From a virus, in the IMG/VR virus record IMGVR_UViG_3300008108_000323, positions 2,820-66,819 of that record: a DNA stretch of 64,000 bases. The stretch is one strand, 5' to 3'. Positions 34,639-47,800 of the stretch are shown here, in pieces. Position 1 is the stretch's first letter. Every line of letters starts with the position of its first letter. The position numbers and the translations under genes were made by a program. The notes under the pieces were generated by a model, which worked only from the letters and a program-made list of their open reading frames with translations, did not search any database and had not been told where the DNA came from.

Positions 34639-37017
34639 TTAATCTTCTGTAACTAGGAATGAAATGTTAAACTCATCTACTGTACCTGATACAGCAGACA
34701 ATTCTAACCATATGTAACTTCCAGCCGGAATTGAAGGGCTGGCGAAAGTTGTCGTGTTTGCTCCTGAGGTAGATGTTGTTGTTCTAGCCAACGAAAACAA
34801 ATTCGTAGGAGTAGCGCTGTCACGAGTTGTGGCGTATTTTATTTGCCATGTAACAGAAGGGCTACCGCTTCCTACAACCACATCAAATAGCTTTCTAATT
34901 GTTATGGCCTTATCTGTTTTGTACAGGGTTACCTTATCTGTAGCGGTCGGGCTCCAAATACTTACTGGCTTGATTAAGTCAGCACTAAGGACCAAAGTAT
35001 TGCTTCCATCATACCACTTGTGCTTTCCTGCAGTACTGTTGTAATAGATATGGCCTGCTTCTGATACGCTTGGGTTAGAAGTACGAGCAGTAAAGCGTAA
35101 AGTATCTTGAACTCTTACCCACTTATCTGTGAAGCTACCTCTGAGGATCTGAGTCCCAACTGCAGAGCCGTTAGCCAGTATGAATGTATTACTAGCAGTG
35201 GTTTCTAAAAACCCCGCCTGATAACCCAAGAAAACATTATAGTTACCCAAGTTAGGATAACCCGCCTGATAACCTACATAAACACTACCATCGTTTTGTC
35301 CACTGGCCGTAGCTACACCGTTTTGATAACCTGCTTGATATCCAACAGCTACCATGTATCTACTCCAAGGTGCGAGTTGCATTGCACCTGCTCCGACAGC
35401 TACGTTACTAGTAGTAGTTTGCAAAGAGTTAAACCAACCCATTGCGTTAAACCCTATTGCAGTATCGTTCGTAGAAGTTCTGAGACCATACCCAGCTGCA
35501 GCCCCTACTACGGTAGCTGCATCAGCAGTTGCTGCTGACATGTCTCTTCCAGCTAGATAACCTATGAGTACGTGTCTTCCGTTTGTCACGTTTCTTCCCG
35601 CTGTATGTCCAATTGCTATTGAGTAATCATCTTCGCCTCCGTTACCTACAAAATTTGCAAACGTATCAAATCCAATACCTATTGTACCATACCTTGTATA
35701 ATTTAGCAAAGCCTGATAACCTACGGCTACGTTATTTCCACCAATTTGGTTAGCATATAAAGCAAACACACCAATGGCTGTGTTAGCTTCTCCTGATGTA
35801 TTTCCCCTTGATGCACCTCTACCCACAGCTATGTTGTTGAAACCTGTGGTGAGGTTCCTCAAAGGTTCGTTATTACTGGTATCAAATCCTATTGCTATGT
35901 TATTATTAGCAGAAGTCATTGAATTACCAATGGAGTTGTTACCGGCGAAGAAGTTGTTGAACGCTGTTGTTATTGACGGATAGGTTGCGCTGTCAGAACC
36001 AAATATGAAGTTATTCAGGGTTGAGTCGTATCTCACTACCCACTTGCTTCCTATTTTATAGCCAACGTTATCGGAACCAGTTTGACTTACGTCTATGAAT
36101 GCTGCGGATCCAGAAACCGTCAGAACGTTTGTTGTTTTATTCCACGTAAAATCTGCGTCTGCTCCAAATACCCCTCCGTCGTTAAATTGGATTTGTGTAT
36201 TAGCACCTGCAACACTAGCACCCCCAAAAGTTGGTGTCCAGTTTTTCCAGTAACCTAAAGCTGAATCATAATACAACAAATCTCCGTTACTGGGAGTTGT
36301 GATGACAACGTCATGCAACTCATTAATCTCGTAACCGTTTTTAATTAGAATAACTATTCTACCAAGTGTGGGATGTGATCGTGCAACATAACCCAAAAAT
36401 ACAGAGTGATCAGGCTCGGAAGGTACTGTTGTGGTCCAACCACCTGCTACTGTAGGTGAGAGCCATAAAGCATCACCTGCTGCAAAAGCTGAAGTATCTA
36501 AATCATGGAGAGTTCCGTTGGAAGCTACATAGCCGTCTGCGTTGTTGAGAATATCTGCTACAACAAAGCCAAAAGTTTTAGAGGATGTGGCTTCGGTGTT
36601 TGCTTGTGCTCTGAGTGCGTTTGGTCTGTTTCCAGTTGCTCCGCTCAAGTAAACAACTGTGCCCTTGGTCAATGTAGAACCAGTTGAGTTTCTTACGATG
36701 ATTTCAGTTCTTTCCGCACTATCTACTACTCCGTCGTCATCATAGTCGTATACTGATTTCAGCATATCCCCGGGAGTATAACCCAGTGCTCCAATAACAT
36801 CACTGGATAACAAAGTTATTGCACCAGTTCTACTATTGAAAGAGCTTACTGCACTAGTACTAGTTGAACTTACGATAAGTTTGATGTTCTCAGCAATCCT
36901 GCGAAGGCGCTGTTCCTTTACTTTGTACTCGTTGTTCTTGGTAGTATCGTACAGTCTCTTGTATTCAATGGCTGATGCAAGGACATTGGACGCTATGATT
37001 TCGGCTTCTGTAGCCAT
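34639..37017 (-). CDS. Tail fibre/spike with YadA-head-like (NxAIG) repeats
   Basis: Repeated NNIAIG/NTAIG/NVAVGYQA units; GANTQIQFNDGG; INELHDV. Confidence 0.8.
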   Translation of the reverse strand: MATEAEIIASNVLASAIEYKRLYDTTKNNEYKVKEQRLRRIAENIKLIVSSTSTSAVSSFNSRTGAITLLSSDVIGALGYTPGDMLKSVYDYDDDGVVDSAERTEIIVRNSTGSTLTKGTVVYLSGATGNRPNALRAQANTEATSSKTFGFVVADILNNADGYVASNGTLHDLDTSAFAAGDALWLSPTVAGGWTTTVPSEPDHSVFLGYVARSHPTLGRIVILIKNGYEINELHDVVITTPSNGDLLYYDSALGYWKNWTPTFGGASVAGANTQIQFNDGGVFGADADFTWNKTTNVLTVSGSAAFIDVSQTGSDNVGYKIGSKWVVRYDSTLNNFIFGSDSATYPSITTAFNNFFAGNNSIGNSMTSANNNIAIGFDTSNNEPLRNLTTGFNNIAVGRGASRGNTSGEANTAIGVFALYANQIGGNNVAVGYQALLNYTRYGTIGIGFDTFANFVGNGGEDDYSIAIGHTAGRNVTNGRHVLIGYLAGRDMSAATADAATVVGAAAGYGLRTSTNDTAIGFNAMGWFNSLQTTTSNVAVGAGAMQLAPWSRYMVAVGYQAGYQNGVATASGQNDGSVYVGYQAGYPNLGNYNVFLGYQAGFLETTASNTFILANGSAVGTQILRGSFTDKWVRVQDTLRFTARTSNPSVSEAGHIYYNSTAGKHKWYDGSNTLVLSADLIKPVSIWSPTATDKVTLYKTDKAITIRKLFDVVVGSGSPSVTWQIKYATTRDSATPTNLFSLARTTTSTSGANTTTFASPSIPAGSYIWLELSAVSGTVDEFNISFLVTED

Positions 37018-37021
37018 CTGG

Positions 37022-37615
37022 TTAGATTATGTCTTTGGATTCGATCAAGGTATAAGTAAATGAATTTCCATGCAAAGCAGCAGCTTTATTACAGATTATC
37101 ATAAACTCATCAAAGTCTTTTACACGTTTGAAAACTTGACAGCCATGGCTCCAGTGATCAATCCAAGTTGAGTCTTGTCCTGCTTTATGGATATTGATCC
37201 CATCATTGTAGGAATCTGTAATTTTGTTTTCGTCATACTCAAGGTCCTTGTCGGCATCACGGTATAAACGTATGTGTCCTTTTTGGCAAAGGGCATTATA
37301 CTTACCTTGGTGCTTTCTGATAAAGTGAGACCCCGGATACTGGCCCGGAACCACACGAGCAGTTCCAGTACCTTTGTTCCCCAAAAGCATTGGTGCTTTT
37401 CCGGGATCAGTTGTAGCTGCCCAGCAAAAGAACTTCCACGTACCGTCATCTCCCTTGAAGGAAATAGTCAGCCAATCATCAAATACATTGGTGACTTTCT
37501 TTCCGGGTGCGTTGTTGCGGATTCCGATTACGTTTACGTTATAAGTTCCTTTTTCAAAGTACTGATAACCTTTGGCCTTTACAGCTTTTTCTACTTGTTC
37601 TCTTGTGAAACTCAT
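37022..37615 (-). CDS. Endolysin candidate (L,D-transpeptidase/YkuD-like)
   Basis: ATTDPG, YRD, GINIH...WSHGCQV His/Cys catalytic motif. Confidence 0.75.
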   Translation of the reverse strand: MSFTREQVEKAVKAKGYQYFEKGTYNVNVIGIRNNAPGKKVTNVFDDWLTISFKGDDGTWKFFCWAATTDPGKAPMLLGNKGTGTARVVPGQYPGSHFIRKHQGKYNALCQKGHIRLYRDADKDLEYDENKITDSYNDGINIHKAGQDSTWIDHWSHGCQVFKRVKDFDEFMIICNKAAALHGNSFTYTLIESKDII

Positions 37616-37621
37616 AATTTA

Positions 37622-38239
37622 TTATCCTCCTCCAATTGGGTCTAAGTAATCAGGTATTCCGTCTCCATCGGTATCAATTGGATTGTTAGGGTCAGGACCT
37701 GCTTCCATGTTATCAGGAATGCCATCAGCATCTGAGTCCCAATCCAAATAGTTTGGAATAGTGTCGCCATCGGCATCACCAACTCCTTCTACTACATCTG
37801 GAATGGTGTCACCATCGGTATCCTGCAAAGGTCCTTCACCACCGCCACCACCGCCTTCACCCTCACCCGGATCAATGATGATTTCTCCACCACCGGTTCC
37901 AATGTCAGGGGTTCCGTCTCCGTCACCATCAACCAAGTATTCCTGTCCAGTCACACTCAACAAGAAGTTATTATACTCAGCCTGTGTAACGAAGGTGTTT
38001 ACACCACAAACACTGGCAGATAAACCTATAAGTTGATTTACCTCATCCGATGTGAGATATCCAGCATGGTCAATAGCAAAAAGATACATCAAAGCATCTT
38101 TTTGATTTTTGATCTTACCCTGACAAGGAGCATCATACTTAGCAGACTCCTGCAGAGCAAGTTCACTAGTGCCAATAAACTTAGTCAAGAATATCTTGGA
38201 CTTGACTAAAGCTTCAATTTGTAACGCAGTAAGTGCCAT
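37622..38239 (-). CDS. Virion protein with thrombospondin type-3-like Ca-binding DxDxDG repeats
   Basis: [51 protein letters not shown]; ATG 38239 overlaps the upstream stop. Confidence 0.7.
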   Translation of the reverse strand: MALTALQIEALVKSKIFLTKFIGTSELALQESAKYDAPCQGKIKNQKDALMYLFAIDHAGYLTSDEVNQLIGLSASVCGVNTFVTQAEYNNFLLSVTGQEYLVDGDGDGTPDIGTGGGEIIIDPGEGEGGGGGGEGPLQDTDGDTIPDVVEGVGDADGDTIPNYLDWDSDADGIPDNMEAGPDPNNPIDTDGDGIPDYLDPIGGG

Positions 38240-38775
38240 TAGCAACCACAACTTCCAGACAAACCTGTGTTTCCACAGCCAGCAACCAAATCGTTGAATT
38301 CGTCCAACAGAGTTTGAGCCAAAGTCCACTGTTCTGAATCCTCGGCCAATACCATCTTGTCATAGATGAATTTCAGTTCTTCAAAATTTGAATTATTCTG
38401 AATCGCAAGTTGGGCCAAAGTAGCTTTAGCTGACTCGTATCTCAAGAAATATGTTGTCTCAACTGGAACACTGCCCCCAGTGAAGGTAAGTGTAACGGTG
38501 TACAAACCATCTGGTGCAGTTGGAAGCTGAGCAAATATATCTACTTGGCGGTAAGCTGCAGTCCAAAAGGTAGAAGTATACAAACCTGTGATTGCATCAG
38601 CAACAGTTTGGCCGGGTCTGAGCACTGTACATGCCAACGCACTAACTGCCGACCGTGCGGTATTCGGAGAACCCCACCCTTCAGGGTTGGTCGTAGCATT
38701 GTAATCGCCAGTCACATCGCTCAAAAGCATGGTGTACTGACCATTTACAATATCGAGTTTAACATTAAGTGCCAT
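38239..38775 (-). CDS. Virion structural protein
   Basis: DVTGDY...NPEGWG...PDGLYTV; ends CGC. Confidence 0.6.
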   Translation of the reverse strand: MALNVKLDIVNGQYTMLLSDVTGDYNATTNPEGWGSPNTARSAVSALACTVLRPGQTVADAITGLYTSTFWTAAYRQVDIFAQLPTAPDGLYTVTLTFTGGSVPVETTYFLRYESAKATLAQLAIQNNSNFEELKFIYDKMVLAEDSEQWTLAQTLLDEFNDLVAGCGNTGLSGSCGC

Positions 38776-38808
38776 AATTCAAAATTACTATTTTATTTTT
38801 ATAAAACG

Positions 38809-41800
38809 TTAATCAAAAGGAACTAACTCAACTCCTTCTCCAAGATCAAGAGCTGCACCTGACTGTTTGTTCACTGTTTCTCTTTGCTTTTTTATGGTTT
38901 CTACTGCAGGAGACTTCTTAGTACCTTCGTCAAAAGGAACCGCAGTAGCACCATTCCCTAAATCTAAACCGCCAGCAGATTGTAGTTCAGATGACACTTG
39001 ATTTCTACCTGTGATAATGGCTGTTTTAGGGTCAGTGTTCATTTCGCTAAACAGTTTCATAGCACCCTTGGCGTAGTCCTTAAAGCGATCTGGATTACTG
39101 ATCAAATCCATATCCATTTTAAAATACTTAGATCCTTGTTGAATATTTTGATTATCGTAAAGCATATTCATCACAGGGCCAATTGGTGTTAGTCGTTCAG
39201 TTATATACATCTCGGTATATCTTTCTGGATCTTCTTGGTACATCTTTCTACGCTCTGCGCTAACAAACGTATATGTGGCAAGTTCTGCAACTTCTCTACC
39301 AACTGCATTCAAGTCAGCCAATATTGAACCAAGCTGCTGATAACCCATTAAGATGTTGATATTTTCGTCGCCCATTATAGGTGCGCCTGTTCTTGCATCT
39401 TTGTTTATAGATGAGTTTACATCAATGAGATTCTTGTAAAGTCCGCTATCAATAACGTATTGCTGAACTAACTTACGAGTAATCATACTGCTGTACTGAA
39501 GATAATTGTTGTACTCTTCAGGAGCAAACTTGTATGCACCAGAAGGAGTATCAACGCTACGTGGAGGTAGAGTCGGCAAACATTCCCAAGCGTCGCCTTT
39601 TTTAGTAGCCAAATAACACAATGCTTCCCAATCAGGAATGTCATAACCCGCCACTGCACGTGATGCCTTAAATACATCGAATGTATTGTACAAGAAGCTC
39701 CCCATCAATGAACCTGTAGGTGTCTGAAGAACTGGTTTACCAAAAGCATCATACTTAACTGGAAGAGACTTCTGATCAATTTGGACAAAAGGTAAGTCAA
39801 CATACTGGGTAGGATCTCCAATTGGCCATCTCTCAGCCATTTTAGTTGCTAGTTTATACCAGTACAAGGTAGCTGCACTATCTTCAACTTTCATGCCCAT
39901 TGCCTTAAAGGCAGGTGCTTCTTTAGCATCGTAATCAACCATGTATTTCCTTCTCCACTTGTCTATCCATGACAAACTATTTGGAACCATGCCTGAACTT
40001 AGAGTCACAGTGATATCTGCGAGAAACGCCGGTAGTTTATTTTCGTCCTCAGAACTAATCACAGTGGCTACACTAAGCAAACCTCTTACGAATGTTTGAT
40101 CCAAAATATACTTACCTGCAGATTCCCAGTTACCAAATAAGCTCAAAGTAAAATCCTGAGTTATTTTTTCAAAATCCCCACGGTTCTGATACTTCAATTC
40201 ATTTTGTTCTAGCAACTTGCTTTCTTTGTATTGGATGTATAACGCTGCGCCAAAAATACCCAGAGCACGATAATCAATGATCAAATCGTTTTCCTTATCC
40301 CACAACTCGTTTCTTTTTGATTTGTAGTTAGGGTCAAACATTTCCTTGAATCTTTCTTTAACCAAAGTAAGGTTGATTGAGTAAGGTCGCTCGAATACAT
40401 ACGAGTAAGTCATACTCTTGCCCTTATCTTCATTTTCATCATCAGGCGCACCGCTAACAGCTCCACCCATAACCATTTGCTTTGCGATAAACTGAACCCC
40501 GGTCCCAACGAGTGCTCTAGCCAATACACGGTCCAAGGATCTCGCATCATCTCTGCGATCGGCTAATGTCTCTGCGTAATCAGCAGAAGAAGCATCCGCT
40601 ATTCCGCGCGAACGAGTATAGGCTTTGTAACCATTTGTACCTAGCTTCATCAAAGCATATTCTGGTAAGAAGAACTCAAGCAATTCCAAAGCGTAGTTAG
40701 AAGGGATTCTTGTAAATGGAATAATACTAGTACCAATCAATCTAGACGCTTTAGCAATAAGTGAATTTTGATTGATTTTGTCACGAGTCAAGCCTTGAAT
40801 TTTGCTTATTTGGTCAGTGGTGAAGTTGTCGTTAGCATAAACATAACGCATCGCTTCTTTGCTGGCTTCAGTATTCTGAAAATCGCTATTTACTTCAATA
40901 TAAGCTTTTCTAACTGCGTTGTATTCTGCTGTTAATCTTGCTTTTTCCGAACTACTTGTAGCATTTTTTATAGCTTGTTGGTAATTATCATGCTGCTTTG
41001 TGAACTTAAATTGTTCTGACAAAGCTGAGAAGTAAGCGAAATCTCTAAACACAGCATCTGTCGCACCCATTACACGGAAAACTATATCAGGTACTACTCC
41101 AAACAAACTCTGAAGAGCAGCAATTGCTTGCTGTTTTTTAGGAATTTCACCCAACATGTTCATTTTAAATCCGTGTTTTTCGGCCAGCTCTTCATTTGAC
41201 ATGTCGCTGTAACCAGCTGCCACACGCATTTGATCAAGCTTAAGTCCCCAGAATTTTGCAAATGATTTGTAGAAACTGTAACCTTGAACATAACTATCAG
41301 GGTTTTGATAAGCCTGACTCATGGTTCCGTCCTTGAGGATTTTATAAGCTCGCTTTATACCCAAGGGCATGCCGTAACGAACGCCGGACCACCAATCCTT
41401 CAGTGAAGTTTTAGTGAACTGTTTTTCAGAAATACCCAGCTTAAATGCTGCCAAACTAATAGCTGATTTCAAAGGATCCACTATCAAACTGGTGATGAAT
41501 TTAGTTACGTTTGACAGCGTGTTTATAGATATAGAACCCGGAGTCATCAACCCACCTTTAATGAAAGTGCGATACATATCAGTTATTGAGTCATCTCCTT
41601 CGTATGGCTGACGAGCATCAATAAAGCGTTGAGCTGCTTCCTGCATTTTCTCATAAAGGCCAGTGTGGTATTGCAAGTTAGTTTTGGAAGGATCTGAACT
41701 TGAGATACCAAATGGATCTGATTCTGCAATTGCTCTACTTTGCTTATAAAGTTCTTTGATTTTATCAAGCTCGACTGCCAAATCACGAATCTTCTGTTTA

Positions 41801-44800
41801 GCTTTTTCTGGGATGTTTAAACCTTTCTTTTCGTTACGTATAAACATTCCTTCTGCACTAGACAAGTAAGTATCTTTTGTGAGTTGTCTAAACAACTGCA
41901 ACATTCTACCGATACCTGTACCAGCCTTCAATATACTGCTATACATTTCAGCAATCGCTTTGGGATTTGCACCACTTTGCTTAGCTGCAATCAAATCTTT
42001 AATTGCTTTGGCCAATGGAACATCGCCGTCTTCAACTGCATCGAACAATGTCTGAAGTATTACAGGATACTCAGTTGGATCCATGTTCTCGATCTCATCG
42101 ATAAGTTCTTTCTGAGACCGAACCACACGCATTGCTTCCTCTTCGTTTTCCATTACATCAGCTTCATCCTTGAACATACCTTTGCCCTGCTGCTGCTTGG
42201 CAATGTTTGCTCTTTGCTTCAACGAGAAGTAATCCTGAACGTCACTTGGTTCAAAGCCACTCCGCATCAAAGCAGCATAGAGTTCAGAATCTGTAACGCC
42301 TTCGAACTCAGGATTAGCTTTGATCTCCTTGATAAACTCAGAAATATCATCAAATATGTCAGTAGACTTTCTCTGTTTCAAATCATTTACTCTAGCTTCA
42401 CCAAGCATTGCGTCATACATCTTACGCATTGGCTCGCTGATTTCCATTTCAACAGGAGTGCCTTTTATTCCACCATATACTTTTAATAGCCAGCGTTTGA
42501 AGTCTTCGAACATCTTGCCCAATGCTCCACTAGGAGCCTTGCCATCATACAGGTACTTCTCAAATCCTCTTGCAAAAGCTTCTGAGGTTTCTTTTGTCCA
42601 GTTTGAGTGACCAACTGAATCCATGAACATTTGTTTTTCAACAGCTGTCATAGATGATTCCCAAACGTGCGCCAGCTCGTGCATTGCAGTGGTTATATTT
42701 GGGTTAGTTAGCGCAAAAATGATATGCTTACCCTGATCTGTTTTAACTGTTGCACCGTGAGCACCAGCTTGGTTTTGCTGGAATAGAGCCATACCTTCAG
42801 CGACTTTGTTAAGACTTTCTTCAGTCAACTCTATCGAGTTAAATAAATCAGTAGGTATATACTCATCACTGGTATTGGCAAGTGCGACTTTCTCAAGAAA
42901 CTTTGGATCTAACTGACCTACTTCCAAAGGCTGACCAGTATTGATGATAGATTGGCCCTCTCTATTGAAATATACTGGATATTGCTCTGCACTAAGAGTA
43001 ATTTGTGTTTTAGAATTCAAATAAGTATCTCTTTCGAGTCTAACTGTCTGAACGCTAAAATTAAATTTTGAAGAAAGTTTTTGAGCAATACTAGGTAGTG
43101 TTTTATTATAAAACGTATTTATACCTACCTTCATATCTGTCTCAATTGCACCAACTTTTGGACCAACCGCATGTCCGTTAGCCAAGACTATTTTCTTCAC
43201 GCCATAATCAGCAGCAACCTTCATTGCATGTTTCAAAGCAAGTTCTGCAAACTGCCCAGATTCTGTGATTGGAGTAGTTTTTTTAAACTTGACCATTGCT
43301 TCTCTCATTTCTTCTTCACGTGCCAAATAAGAAGATATCTGAGAATCTGAATACCCTTTTTCAACAAGGTCGGCTTTTATTTTCTCTACATCACCTTTTG
43401 CTTTGTTTTTTGCAGCATTGCCATCTAGGATTATACTAGACCGCACAGAATCTTTATACTTATATTTTATGTCATCTAAAACTTTTGTTCTAAATTCTTG
43501 AATTTTATCAGATTGAATTTCCTGAAGGTATAGAACTCTTTCGCCATTGGACGCAACGACAACTTGTGTTCTCAAATGCAACATTACTTCAGATGGAGTA
43601 TTCAGAAAATGCTTTAGATTGTAATAAGATATAGTCAATGAGTCACGACTTTTCACAAGTTCTTCTAACTGATTTTCAAGCTGATTCATTTCTTGAGCCA
43701 TGAGTTTTGTAGGTGTTTTACCTTGAGAACTCTTTTCCATTTCGGAAAGCTTTGAAATTATATTTGCTATTTTCTCATTGTAATCTCTAAGTAATTTGTT
43801 AGATGAAAAAGGAAGTGTCAATAAGTGTTCTTTGTAAGTACCTTCTATACTTCCGGGAAATATTGTTGTGTACTTAGTAAACTCATCTAATTGCTCAGTA
43901 CGCTTCATTTCATCCTTAAGTTCTACATAAATTTTAACTAATGATTTTAAATGCTGTTTATTTTTATCACTTAAATCAGTTCCGTTAAACTGTGCTAAAT
44001 CAGAAAGTGCTTTCTTAAACGCATCAAACTCTTTGCGTCCAATATATTTTTCGTAAAGCTCTACATTTTCATCCTTGATATCGTCTAAACTGATAATTTC
44101 AACTGTACCATCGCTTTTCTTTACAGCAACTGGTTCTACAATTCCCCGAGTATCAAAAGTTTCGTCTACACGCTTGCTATCCTTATCAGAAAATCCAAGT
44201 AATACAACATCTGTAACTGTTCTTTTCTGACTTGCTGACTCTGGGTCATAAACTACAAAGCTGGGAATATTTGAAGCCCAGTCCATTAGCTCTTGAGAAC
44301 TTATGAATTCTTTTCCCTGATTACTCTCAATGAACCCATCTATATCTAGCCAATCTAGTTCTGCGGTTTTAGCGCCGTATTTTGTCAACAGGCTTTTTAA
44401 ACTCGCAAGTGCGATTCTGTTTTTACCACCAGCTTGCTCAATGACTTTTGCCGATGCGTATGCTGTATTAGAATAAAAAGCTGTGCCTATATTCTTTTCA
44501 ACTAACTCACGCATCTTTATTTTATCTCTGAGATCCTGCTGTTCCTTTGGACTCAGTTGTTTAAGATTGTCTACAAAGTTGGACGCTGCTGAACCAACGA
44601 ATAGGTCAGGATTGTTTTCATACCTGCTATAAAGGTCATCGAACTTCTCTTGAGAAACTAATCCAGTATCAACCAGTTCCGCTTGCAATTCCTGCTTGGT
44701 AAAGTCACTTATTTTTTTGTAAGGATCATATATACCATTGGCAAAGTTTGCAATTCCGGGGAATGTTTGATAAAACATCTGACGCGCTTCTGCATCAGTT

Positions 44801-47800
44801 GCTTCTGCCAGATAGGTTTCTGCTTGTTTTGACGAAGCAACTTTCGAGTTTATTGCTTGTATTTTTCCATCTATCTCATTGGATAAGGTTACTGGATCAG
44901 GTAAAACAAAGCCTTCGCTTTCCATTTGCATCAGTTCATCAAAATCGTAAAGAACGTCTGTACTACCGTCATCAAAAGTAAATGGTTCCTGACCAAATGC
45001 CTTTTCAATAAACTCCATGGCTATTTTGTAATCAGGAGAGTTTACCAACGCAATAAGATTTTCAACTTCTGGGATTGTCAGTGAGCCATCCGAACTAGAT
45101 ATGATATCATTAATTTGCTGCAGTGCTTGAAGCGAATCAAAGTATTTATACAGATTTTTACCTTTTCCTTCCAGATCACTTACCAAGCCTTCTAAACCAT
45201 CGGCGAATGTTTTTAATTCCTGAAATATTGATTCTGCAAAATTCACATCTACTGGAGCAGCGTTAGCTGCAGTTACCCCAAGTGTTGTCTTCGCAGTTGG
45301 CTGTACTTCAGCAACAATCAACTCCTCGCTATTCAGCCCTGCAAATCTGCTTGTGGTTACAAATGCGTTGTGAATACTCTTGAGTCTAGCCAAGCTCTTT
45401 GGTCCATAAGAGTCAATGAAGTTGTTGTAAATTAATTCAAGTGCTTTACTGTCGGCTTCAGTCAAGTCATATTTATTCGAAAAGGTTGCGATTGCTGCTG
45501 CAACTGTCTTTGGTTCGTGGCTCAAAAACAGAACTTTAGAAATGTCATTGAATACACTAGCATAAGAACCAAACTGAAAGATATTTTTGTCTGCATAAAA
45601 CTCTACAACATCATTTATCAATTTTTCAGTATTCTCATCTATCACACCCGCAGCTTTAAGTTCTGATACCTTAGTTCTTACTGCAGTAGGAGTAGCAAAT
45701 TTTGAAGACTCAGGTATCGCAAGTTCATTCTCCATGAACTGGACAGATTGTCTCAAGGCTTTCTGCACTTGAGGTGCTATACTCTTATTGAACACATCAC
45801 TGTAAGTACCTATATCATTTGTTACTCCTGTATATTTGGCTATGTTTATTAAAATTTCACCCGGTGATGTCATTGATTTACCATTGCCAGTATATAAGTG
45901 ATTTGGTGAAAACGAAACTTGCGGTAAATTGACATCATCAACAACACGAACGGTCATCAAACCAATGTCAGGATAATTGTCGTAAAGATTTTGATGATCA
46001 CTAATTGGTATTACTGATTCAATATTAATCATTCTCCCACCCAAGTTAACAGGTCGTTGACGATAATCGAACATGGTTCTCTCACCAAAAAGAGATGTTC
46101 TTTTTCCAAAGCTTGGTTTTCTAACATACTCGGGAGTTTTTCCTTCCTGAGCAGCAGTTAAACCAGATGTGAAATCAAAAATACTCTGTAATATAGAAAA
46201 GAAGTTTGCTTTGCCACTAAAATCTATATTACCAGTTGTCATGTTGAAATACTTTTTTACTTCGGTATTAGATATTTTAAACGTAGGATCAAAAGCAATA
46301 GCTTCACCTTGCTCATTCAAAACAACCCCGGTCATCAAAGCTATTTTTTCTGGGCTAAACTTTTTCTCATTTAGCTGCATGGCTTTCACCATGTTTGGAT
46401 AAATCTCCGCTGGAACCATTGTAGCAGGACCCTGATACAGTGGAACTAGATTAGGAGACATCTTGAGCCAATCTTGAAACTGCTGTTCCGTTCTCTTCAG
46501 CATTTCAATGCGAGTATCCATGAATTGCTGTAGGGTAATGCCAGCACGAGTAGCCTGTGATTCAAATTGTCTTATAGCTACCTCAGCAAACATTCTCTTT
46601 CTTCTTAGATTCTGTTTCCATTGGAATGGCTTTTTCATTGATGATGTGAAGCCCCAAACCTCAGCACCTTTTTTCAAGAGATCCTTTTTGTACTTTTCAC
46701 GTGTAGCATCGTTCTGCTGAATCAAATTAACTGCTTCGTTGTATTTGTTCATGTCCACCAAACCTGCAGCTTTAGCCTTAGCCATTGCTTCAATTTGAAC
46801 TGGGTCAGCGCCAGAAGCGACTGGTTCACCAGTGTTTTCCATAAACTCCTGTGCAGTAATCTCACCACTTAAAAAACGTGCTGCATCAATCTGTTCATCT
46901 TTTATAAATGCGCCTTCTTCCTGTGTGTCTTGAAGAATCTCGGCTACTTCTTTGCGCCTTTGATTTTCCTTTACTAATTCCACTGCCTGTTTCTTAAGGT
47001 CAGCCTTACGGTTTTTAGTCGTGGCAGTTGACATTGGAGTTTGGCGAACAAACTTTTCAGTGGCACTAAACGTATTGGAACCAGTATACTTATTAGCAAC
47101 AAAATTGTTAAAGTCCTTTCTCAGTTTCTGGAAGTCTTTCAAACCAGTTTTGTCATTACCAAAGATATCAGAAACTTTACTTCGGCTGTTCTGAAGCAAG
47201 TTTACAATGAAGTTGTCAATCGCATCTTCTTTTGACATTCTACCATCAGAAACCATTTTACCAAAAACTTCATTGAAGGTGGTATTTCTGGCTACAGCTT
47301 CACGAACTTTATCGGTAACCGCATCTCTGTTTCTTTCTCTGACTGGTTGGCCAGTATCCATGTCAGTATCTTGTGTGGTGAACAGAGTATCGTCAAAGTC
47401 TCTAAACAAAGGAGCCATGTAGTCTGCAACCTTGGCTGCTTTTTTACGAGCCAAGTCTGTGATTACAGCTTTTCCGTTCATGAAGAATGAAGTCAAGTTT
47501 ATCTTCATCTTCGAGCCCATGTTTTGACTAATCTCTGAAGCCGTGTCCTTTACATTGGTGTCGTCAACTTTAACTTCCTCTGCTACTCCTGTGAAGAGAC
47601 CAGTTCTTGCCTGAGCATCTGCATCAAACTTTGGATTGTAGCGAGCGTTTGCACTGGCCTCGACTTTCTGAATACGTTCTTTTTTACGGCGTGAGGTTTC
47701 AGTTGTATTCTGATAGGATACTTTGTTGTTATCTCTACCTGTAGATGATTCATTCTCGACCTGTGACTTTCTTCTGTCCTCAAGGTTTTTGATTGCAACG

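Noticed and set aside
32536-37017. Diversity-generating retroelement acting on the tail fibres
   Set aside because: No reverse transcriptase and no TR/VR pair with adenine-specific mismatches seen.
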